Under the pieces are notes generated by a model. It was not told the DNA's origin, ran no database searches, and saw nothing but the letters and a program-made list of their open reading frames with translations. From the NCBI RefSeq assembly GCF_000150275.1, contig NW_002060943.1, forward strand, positions 9,890,209 to 9,954,208: DNA of 64,000 nt. The letters run 5' to 3'. Every line of letters starts with the position of its first letter. The stretch's first letter is position 1. The position numbers and the translations under genes are program-made. The DNA comes from Trichoplax adhaerens (taxonomy: Eukaryota > Animalia > Placozoa). Shown one piece after another: positions 54,098 through 64,000 of the stretch.

Positions 54098-54339
54098 CAA
54101 ACGGTCCAAACCTAAATCACCGAAGATTTGTATTATTGCCATTCTTTCGTAGTGAGTGAGTTTCCCTCTTGCACTATCGTAAACTGCAGAGGTATCAAGT
54201 GCTGTACGTATTTGCTACTGATATATAATAAATCTCACTGATCTCGCGATTACACCTGGTATTATAATCGTGCTAGAAGATCCCTATTACTGTATCTCGA
54301 GCCAGTTAAACTTGTCATCGATTTTTACGAACTAGAACA

Positions 54340-57300
54340 ATGGCTGCCCAGTCTCAGTCTAGCAAGCGCGCCTGGAAGCTAGGTAATTAATTAACTTTCA
54401 ACTTTTAAGAACATCATTCCGATCGACTCATGTTCCATGTAGCTATTTTACTGATCTCTACATGATTACTCAGCAACAGTTTGTTTATGTGTAAGCCTGG
54501 ATTTTAATCAATCGAAATTATGTTACAGTTAACTTCAGCATTTCTTAACAACAGTACTTCTGCAAGATATTGTTACATCATCTTATTATCCTGTCAATGC
54601 AAACTCTTATAAATATAAATTGAATATAATCAGTAATATTCCCAAATTAATTAAGTATTTCCTCGGCTGATTACATATTTATTATAATGTATCACTATCG
54701 AATTCTATATTTTATTTTCAGCATTTCAATAATTATATATAATACTATTCTTATGGTACATTGAAGTATAGCATAATACAAGCGAATACGATAAGAAATT
54801 TATTATTATTCTACTGTACTGTATATAATATTCTGCCTTGTTACATAAATTTATCCGAAATATGTCTAGATACACTACAGTGTTATCTTTTATCCTCGCA
54901 GAAGAATTCGTTGCTCATACTTCATCAGTAAACTGCTTATCATTGGGTTCTAAATCCGGACGTGTTATGGTAACTGGTGGAGAAGACAACAAGGTCAATA
55001 TGTGGGCTATTGGTAAACCGAATGTAATCATGGTATGTACAAGTATTATTACACAATCTATGAATATCTTATTTCCGGTATCACAATTGTACTTATACTG
55101 TATAAATTGTAATTTTTCCTGTATTCGATACCTGCATTTTCAGAGCCTCTCTGGTCACACTTCACCTGTTGAGTGTGTAAAATTTAATCCGACTGAAGAA
55201 TTAGTAATGGCGGGATCGAAATCCGGAACGTTGAAAATTTGGGATCTAGATTCTGCTAAGAGTACGTAATTATAATATCAACCTAATCCTCTATGACCCC
55301 GTACTGAATTTGTGATTATAGACGCCTCCTCTGGTAAAAAAGATAATTCGCTATAGGCTCCGTTATCTGCTATTATTGTTAACACTCTCAGTCCTGGATA
55401 GGAAAAAATTCACGATTTCAACATGACTTATAATTACCAACTTATATAGTTGTTAGGACTTTAACTGGTCATAAATCAAACATTCAGAGTCTCAATTTTC
55501 ATCCGTATGGTGATTTTGTGGCATCCGGTTCACTTGACACGAATGTCAAACTTTGGGATATCAGAAGAAAGGGTTGCATATTTACCTATAAGGTTACTAA
55601 TTAGTCAGTTAGACTGCGACTTATTCCTCGTCGATTAGAATGTAGGACTTCTACATAATGCTTACGATTTATGCCTACGATTTATGCTAGATGCTAAAAG
55701 ACTGTACATATATTAAAAATTATGGCTTGGACACATAGATATTGAAATAAATTTAATGATTACAGGGTCATACAGATGGAATTACTGCAATTGAATTTAG
55801 CCCTGATGGGAGATGGATTGTTTCTAGCAGTGCAGATAGTAGCGCTAGGGTGGGTCTGAATGCAATTTCTTATAATATTTCATGAATACACTATTACCAA
55901 GTTATAGTGATTCTGAACATTCATTTATCAAAATAGTTATGGGATTTAACTGCCGGTAAGATATTACACTCATTCTCACATAATGGACCAGTGAACACTA
56001 TAGAATTTCATCCCAATGAATTTTTACTTGCAACAGGAAGTTCAGATCGGTATTACAGACTTAATTATTCTTTCATACCGTCGGAGTTACAATAGTTTTG
56101 TAATAAATTAATGAAAGTTACGCCTCCTAAATCAATTTCCAATTAGGACCGTAAAATTTTGGGACCTTGAAACGTTTCAATTGGTTTCTTCAACGGAACA
56201 GGAATCGAGTGCCATTAGGTCACTAAAACCTTCTTGAATAATATTTGATGCAAGATTCTATCTATAAAGAGCTTAATGATTAAGATATTTTTATTTTAAA
56301 CTATAAATCTTAGGAGAATTAAATTTAGTGAAGATGGTTCAGTTATTTTTAGCGGACTGCAAGATGTTTTGAAGGTAATTTATTCACGAAGATCCTTTAT
56401 GGAGCACTGCAATTAAAATCAAGTCTATCCGTCTGTAGGTATATAACTGGGAACCAATACGATGCTATGATACTGTGCAAGTTGGATGGGAAAAAATTGT
56501 AGATTTCACAGTTACTTCTAACCAGTTGGTATGCGCGAATCTATCATAATTATATTATCATACACTTGTCTTAATCCCTTATTATTTTCACTACATTAGA
56601 TCGGTGCATCATTCAATCAAGCGAACGTTTCCGTTTCAATTATTGATATAGAGGTGAAATGAAATGTATTATTTAAAGTAATACCATAAAACTACAGTAA
56701 ATTTTATTTTATACCGATCTTAATAAACTTTTACCTACCTATGCGATTTAACTACAGAAATTGAACATGACTGGCTCTAGTGGACAACACATGGGTATCA
56801 CCCAAGATCATACTGCGAAAGTCGACATAGCTAGGTAAAAAGTTTCAATACGATAATTGTGTCTAGTCTATAATAAGTTTTAATTAAAATATAACAGTAT
56901 TACTACATAAGCAAGACATACATATGATATTTTATCATAGTAACAACCCCTGATGCATTTTAATGTACTGTTACGTAGCAAACCGCCAGAATATATGAAG
57001 CGTCCTGCAACTACGTCAACGAAACCTTCAAAGTGTGCAAATTAACGCATTTTAGTTTCATTATATATATACACTAGACCTAACAATTAATACGCTTGCT
57101 GAAGGTTGGAAACGTCTGAAATTCCAAACTCTGAAAAAGCCCCCACTTCACAGCGACAATCCTTAACCGATATGGGCGAAGTTGAGCGACTTTCCTCTCC
57201 GGGTTACCAGGACGCCTTTACTTCTAGACCTAAAATTCGTAATTATAATATTACCATAAAACAGCTTGATTAGATATAAATCTCATTAATTGTAATTTAA

Positions 57301-59423
57301 CTCTTAGCACGCGATAGCAATCCTAAAGATATCCCTGTAGATCCCTTCAAAACCGAAGGTATAGTAATTTATTAAAAGCTATTTGTCTACTTCATTAGCT
57401 ATATTCAATACCCTTGCTATTAATGAGTTCAGACATCACATTCTTATGCAGCTTTGACAGATGCTTTAATGATCCAACCAATTATTTAGTTGGTGCTGTA
57501 GGTGATACTAAACAGTCGAAATCGAATGAAAAGTGCGAAGTAGAAAATTTATCTGAGAAGACTACCGATGCAGATGACTTACAGTCCTGCCAGGTATATA
57601 ACGTATAGTTTGATATTTCAGCATCATTTAGTATTGCTACTGTAATTAAGCAAGTTTAGTCCATGAAGTTAATCAGCTCTTTTAGAATCTAGTCACGGTA
57701 TTCTGAAATTCGTAATAATCAATTATTTTTAGAATAACAAAAGAGTAAGCTCTGCTATTTCATCGGAAGCCGTATCTGTTACGCTAAAAGAAAAAGCACC
57801 GGAAATAGACCTATCACTTTTTCCTACTGAAGTAAGTCCGAATGGATAATTTTGCACTTATCTGGCTGGTTCTAAAAGTTTTTGTTATTTAGAAGATTTG
57901 AATTATATGTGCATATGATGATAAATAATTCAATCCAATCTATATTTACTACAGAAAACAGACTCCAAAATAGATGAAAATAAAATACTACTTGAATTAT
58001 TAAAAGGTAAATACAGAAACGCTTGTTGACTTCTCTTATCAACCAATAACCCTAACCACATCTTCCTGAATTGATTCCTATTATTTATAACCAGATCATT
58101 CAGTTATCTGTTCAGTCATCGGTAATCGAATTCAGAATTTGAATGCTATCCATGAGCCCTGGATGAACGGAAATATAAAGGTAAAAACTTAAAATTTCTT
58201 TAGTTACTTTTAGATTATTATAACATAAGATACAGGCAATTTAAGATATGACAATCGTCCTTTTGTGCATGATAGGATTCAATTGATAAAGCCATTCAAA
58301 TTCAAGACACTGCCGTTCTAGTAGACCTATTAAACATATTGATACGCAACCAGTAAGGATTATTTTTAATTTAGACCCTTGCATCAGACTATTTAAGCTT
58401 ACTATTATTTCTGATTATGCGCAGTAAATTATGGACCCTCGATATTTGTGCTTATACGCTACCTCAAGTAAAAACCCTAATTCAAGATAAACGGGAGTGG
58501 TAAGCTTAAATGATAAACTTGAAGTTAGATATATGCTAATGCTTTCGTATACTCCACGCTACCCAGTTATATCCGCGTGGCCTGCCAAGTGCTTCGGTTA
58601 ATCCTCAAAAACTTTGGATCTTTAATCAAATCCACTCTTCGATCTACAGATTTCGTAACTGGTGTAGATATTACAAGAGAAGAAAGGTTAGCCAGTTATT
58701 ATACTTATAGCTACTTAATACAGTATTCTCTTTAAATATTTTATCCAAGTTTATAAATTCTCGATGGCTTCGCCTTTTCTTTTAAATTCGACCGTAAAAG
58801 CTTTTGATAATCTATTTTTAACATGACTGTCACAAATTGATGCTTGAACCACTCAGAAAGATCGATGTAGATACCTACCCTAACTCAGCGTAAAAGTGCT
58901 TGCTTATATTTTACTATGAGACAATAAAATAACTTTATTCTTAGCTCGTAGACTTGTCGCTACTGAATATTCATATACCATAAGAAGAACAATTTTTTGA
59001 CCCTATATAAATATTATCTCAATTATGCGATTAATTTTAGTGAGTGTAAGATCTTTACCGTAATATATACTTTCACAACTCGGGTTGAGCATGTAGGAGT
59101 TATCATTTTCTTCTATGCAGAGTTAAAGTAATGAAAAATCCAATATTCTGTATTACTATGACAGAGAACACCCTAAGTAATATACGTTGTGGTTAATGCA
59201 GCAATTTCTGTCCTAACTTATTTTATCCATGTTGCGTAATGCTAAGCTATCAGCTATTTACGTTAATAGTTTAAAAATTTATTACAGGCTCGAAAAATGT
59301 AGAATTTGCTACGAAGAACTATCTAACATTAAGACCGTTATTTCTGAAAAAGCTATGATTTCTGGAAAGATTGGAGGAACTTTTCGTGAACTGCAGCTAG
59401 CTTTTGCTACAGCAATCGATTAA
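54340..59423 (+). CDS. KATNB1: Katanin p80 WD40-repeat subunit B1, multi-exon
   Basis: [14 protein letters not shown]|[41 protein letters not shown], followed by WD40 exons ([47 protein letters not shown]) and the con80 C-terminus ([16 protein letters not shown]|[15 protein letters not shown]). Confidence 0.94.
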
Positions 59424-60399
59424 CAGTGATACTATTTAGAAGTACCTATTCTATCTGAATAATGTTGCATACGCGCTGCTGCTAGTATTGGCCAAATTAC
59501 ATATGTTTAATGTAGACTCTAAATTACTTAATTTCTACGATTTATTAGTCTGAATTTATCTACTTGCATCAATTAACTATTCATTACGGTAAACCCAGTC
59601 TATTTTTAAATAGCCGAGTACTGTATTGGTTCAACCTGTAAATTTATAATATTTTGTTCTCAACAACGACCTTTGTAAACATATTTCATTTTCATTTTTT
59701 TGTATCCATTATCTTTCTCGTAATGCATACGCCTCAAACAAATTTCTTTGTATAGATTCCGTAAAGCAATCTATTATTCATATTAGGGTATTGATACTTA
59801 AATATGGCGTGGCAGTAGGGATTACTAGCTGATAATATGTTTATACTTTTACATTTTCTGATCCTTAAACGTTATCAAGTTTGTACAATAGACACGATGA
59901 TACAATTCAAAACAAGTGCTTCTGTTGTTGTACCGAATAAACGGAAACAATTGCAATATGGCTGCAATAAGTTCTCGAGCAAATGTAGAGACAGCGTATT
60001 AGCAAAGTATAGAACTTTATTAAGACTTATAAATACGAACTAATAAAATATGACAGCAACGCTCATATATATAATCTACCATGGAATATTCTAGAACTTA
60101 TTAGTAATTATTTTTGTATACATAGAATGAGCATTCTAGAAGGTTCTACATACAGTACATATGAGGTTCGAATACGTGCGCATCTAAGACTGACCCTTAC
60201 GAAGCCACTCTACTAATACTATGACGATGGCATTTACCGCTCTACAAATTAAAATGTCAAATATTTCTGTTATTAAGGTTTATAAGAAGCTATGATAGAA
60301 ATACTCTTGGATTATCTGGATCCGTATAACATGCAAAGTCTAGGAATATTGTCTTTGCTTCTTTATAAATTATATTTATTATTGATAGCATTATTCCCA

Positions 60400-60682
60400 T
60401 AAACGGCTACTAGGGTGAGCCTACGTGCAAGTGACGCGTGGTGTATATGATAACTATGAAGCAATTTAATGAGTTTATTGCGTGATTGATGACAACAATA
60501 ACCTCTATTAGGCGTAAGAGATTACAGTTATTTACGTACTTACGTTACCTTATCAGGATAAACACGCTAGGGTGGCACGTGCCAGCGCCGTACGTATATC
60601 TGGTAACGAAAGTAAGTTTCCTGAAGGAACCAATTTTTAATGAGTTTATTGCTCGATTGAAGACAATAATAACCTCTAGTAG
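60400..60682. repeat. Diverged direct repeat (~160-170-bp period) between the KATNB1 and CBFB 3' ends
   Basis: tttaatgagtttattgcgtgattgatgacaacaataacctcta (60465-60507) versus tttaatgagtttattgctcgattgaagacaataataacctcta (60636-60678), with weaker upstream similarity (ctagggtg...acgtgc). Confidence 0.7.
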
Positions 60683-61542
60683 AATTTAGAAGCGTCATAA
60701 GTTCTTTACGTATAAGTTTAGATACGCCAACTTTGATTTATAATTAATTAATTATAATCAATATGAGTTTGTTAATGGAGAAATTACGCTGTGCTAAAAC
60801 TGCATGATTTTTTAGTTACGCGTTACTTTAGGTCTCAGTTAAAACTTTATAACATTAATTATTATATTATCAACAACGCTGCGGTATACTACAGTGCCTT
60901 TAGCAAGTTGAATGCAGTAATTTTTTGGTTTTGATGTACTGTAGTACAGTATTGTAAATTATACTGTTGTGCATGTACTATATTATGAGAACTGAGTGTA
61001 ATATGTAGTTGCAGTCAGTGAACAACATTAACTATACCGTACAGTAAATAATAATAATCTACAACGGGCATTACGAAACTAGTTATTTTGATAGATAAAA
61101 TTTATAAGTACGTATACATGGATATCGCTTTAAGATTTATTATAATCGCTGTTAATTATATAGTACTAGTACGATAGACGTATGCAGAAAGTTCGACCAA
61201 CCTTTATCATTTAACTTGGAGACAATTAGTTAATAATTAGAAATACCATCCATTGCTATTACTAGTAGTAACGTACATTTGCAATAATCCACTCTTATTA
61301 TACTGTACACACAAATACATATGTTTTCCCGTTATAATAGCTTACTATCGCTTATAAGAATTAGCATTCATTACTCATATATCCGATACGATATTAAAAT
61401 TTACAAAAGTCACAAATATATAAGGTTCTGTATTCGGCAAAGTTTTATTTTGGAAACACAGCATGTACTACATATCGCCACCGCAATCATATAGATTATT
61501 GTAAGGTTATACTTTTTACTCGTTCGCTGTCATAGACACCAC

Positions 61543-63314
61543 TCAAAAAGTCGATATATGATCATTTGATAATTGTAAACTCTCACGCAACAGCCGATCT
61601 TCCACCTAGAATACCAATAAGTAATTACAATCACCTCAGATAAAACTTATAAGTAAGGTATGCAACATTAAGAAATCAATATTAACTATGCAGGGTCTCC
61701 AAAATATCGAATATATATCTAAAGATTTTAAATTATTGTAGTGCAATAAACGAGCATATTATCCTATTACGGATCTTTAGAGGTCTACCTATACACAGTT
61801 AAGCAGTATATTTTAAACACCTTCTATCAATCTAAACAATTAAAACTAATTAATCTTTCTGATTTATCACCTTGGCCATTTCTTCGTTAAATTCTAAACA
61901 TCCTAAACCCTCCAAGCGTTGAACGTCTAACCATCCCTTCCACTTTACGCACACACCATTCATAATAAATGAGCTTGTTAAATATATCTATATTAGAAAT
62001 AAAAAATACCTGCAGATATCTTTAAAATGAAAATTTTACATTAATTGAGCAACGATAAATAACGGTTGCGCAGTATGGGATATTACTACCCCCAATAGTC
62101 ACCGCACCATAAGACCTTACACTTATAGATAAATATGACAATTTTAAGTACTTTACTCGATTTAACCTTAATTATTATGACAAAAAACGATTGTAACACC
62201 CATAAAATGGTGCAGAATATCATTATGAAGGAATTTAATGAGGTACAAGGCACTTTGCTTCGTATATATGAAATTCTTTTTTTAGGAAACACATATAAGA
62301 TACAGATATTTACTTTTATCTTGAAATGTAAACAGAAACTATGCAAAAAAATGATAAAACATGCAGCATACAGTAGCTATAATATCAGAACTGTGATTTA
62401 AATCCAAAAGATTTTAATATTCTTCATTTGAAATTTTTGCTTAAATTTAATCCATACTAGACGTGAACTTACATAATTAGAAGTCCTTGCTTGTAAAGAT
62501 TCTTAGTAAAATTATATTAATTTTATGATAAAGCATATGGATACATGTATGTTTCATTATCCACCTCTTGTAATAAAAAGCAAGTCAGGATACGACTCAC
62601 GGCAAAACGTAATCGCTTACAGCTCTGGTATAACAATACAGTATATAGTTTTCTCATGTACTATATACTGTAGTATAATAGATTACGATGACACATATTA
62701 AAAATGAATCTACTGCAGATTTATTCTTTAAATTATACGGAAATAAAAAGGATTGTCACACTTTTAATTGATTAGATATTGATCATTCCAACAGCATTAT
62801 AAATGTCTTGGCTTTTTAAAGTCATAGTGTACACCTATATTTGCTACTTGATCTAAAATTCTCATTACGCTATAATTCCGTATTTTCTACTCGAATTTGC
62901 GTAAATTGATTTTAATAATGGTGCTCTATAATCGTCTCTAGTAACTATACAATACAGTATCAAACTATCAATCCATCGTCTTGTTTTTACAAACTTTTAT
63001 TACCATTTAATCTATCTTGTGAAATATATAGCCCATCATGGTAATGTCATTTTAATTGTAATAAAGAAAAATAGTTCAGAATCTGCGGACATAAAATTTT
63101 TACTGTATCTTTAATGAGCTGTGTATTATAACTACTGTATCTTCCCTCGGACATTCTATATTAAATTAGGAGGTATGAATAGAATCGAAATAAAAATTAC
63201 CTTTCCAGCATTATTATCGATGTCAACGTTGTAATCTCTGTCCATTTTATCTTCTGTATCTTTATAAGCTGATTTACAATGCAGTTCCAAATTGGTACCT
63301 GTAGAAACAAACGT
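61543..63314 (-). CDS. CBFB: Core-binding factor subunit beta (Runx partner); 3' part only, first exons lie beyond the window end
   Basis: Three phase-0 GT-AG exons, none in the ORF track: 63314-63201 TFVSTGTNLELHCKSAYKDTEDKMDRDYNVDIDNNAGK; 61987-61871 IYLTSSFIMNGVCVKWKGWLDVQRLEGLGCLEFNEEMAK (CBF-beta signature NGVCVxWKGWxDxxRLxGxGCLEF); 61605-61543 VEDRLLRESLQLSNDHISTF*. The last exon is less certain. Confidence 0.9.
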
Positions 63315-64000
63315 CTATAAAGAAATAGATTCCTTAATTTAAGTAAACCAACTAGATATACTGTAATTCAGCGCATATACATATAGGCGTATATATACAT
63401 GAAGGGCTAAATTTTAAGGCATTAGAATTAGTAATATTACATGAATGCATAGAATGACCCATATTCCAGATATCTAAACTGGAGATTTAACGCAGTTATG
63501 AAATCGCTTCATTTAATTGATTAAGACTAGCATAATCTAATGTACTATGTTAGGAGCATGCTCGCTTATAAAGTTTTGAGATTAATTTCAAGTATGTGGT
63601 AAGGGATTGAGTTTTTAGCAAAGCCGATAAGAGTAAGGTAGTAGATTTACATCTAGTTTTAAAATTACCTCAATCGGGTTCAATCTATTACTGCAGAAGC
63701 CTGATTTATTTACTTGCATAATGATAACTAACGTGCATTATCAAACTACAAGTATTCGTGAGTCGGCAGAGAACAATATTCCATGAGCGGCCTATCTAGT
63801 TAAAATACTCTTATTTTAAAACCGTAAAAAATCATCAACTTCTACAGTAATAAGCAAAGCTTAATGACCACATATCAAGCAAGATATCGTGCTCCAATTA
63901 ATAACGAAAATTAAAACTAAATCATTAATCTAGCGTATAATTATAAAAAAGATCATATTTGAGAAGAATAAATGAGTAAGAAAGATATTGTACAGTATCA

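Noticed and set aside
63700-63810. Minus-strand DRPLME resembling CBFB exon 2 (DRPHEE)
   Set aside because: There is an in-frame stop immediately upstream and no flanking similarity, so the true exon probably lies outside the window.

Overview
This is AT-rich eukaryotic nuclear DNA from a compact, intron-rich animal genome. Introns are mostly 60-300 nt and GT-AG. The organisation and gene content fit a basal metazoan such as the placozoan Trichoplax, but that assignment is inference. Eleven spliced genes are recognisable by reading across introns, in this order: LARS2(+), CYBA/p22phox(-), TRMU(+), RXYLT1/TMEM5(-), CFAP54(-), class II ARF(+), MAPKAP1/SIN1(-), DDX20(+), DNM1L(-), KATNB1(+) and a 5'-truncated CBFB(-). 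The CBFB exons are absent from the ORF track. Most short ORFs in the track are exon fragments or repeat artefacts. Main non-coding signals: (1) dense self-complementary (GTACW)n pentamer arrays (ACAGT/ACTGT) at the 5' ends of the housekeeping genes, including the divergent gene pairs, and absent from the convergent 3' junctions, which makes them a candidate orientation-independent promoter mark; (2) two copies of a short Helitron-type 3' terminus; (3) an RFX X-box cluster upstream of the ciliary gene CFAP54; (4) an 8.8-kb intronless terminal exon in CFAP54, although neighbouring genes keep ancestral intron positions.
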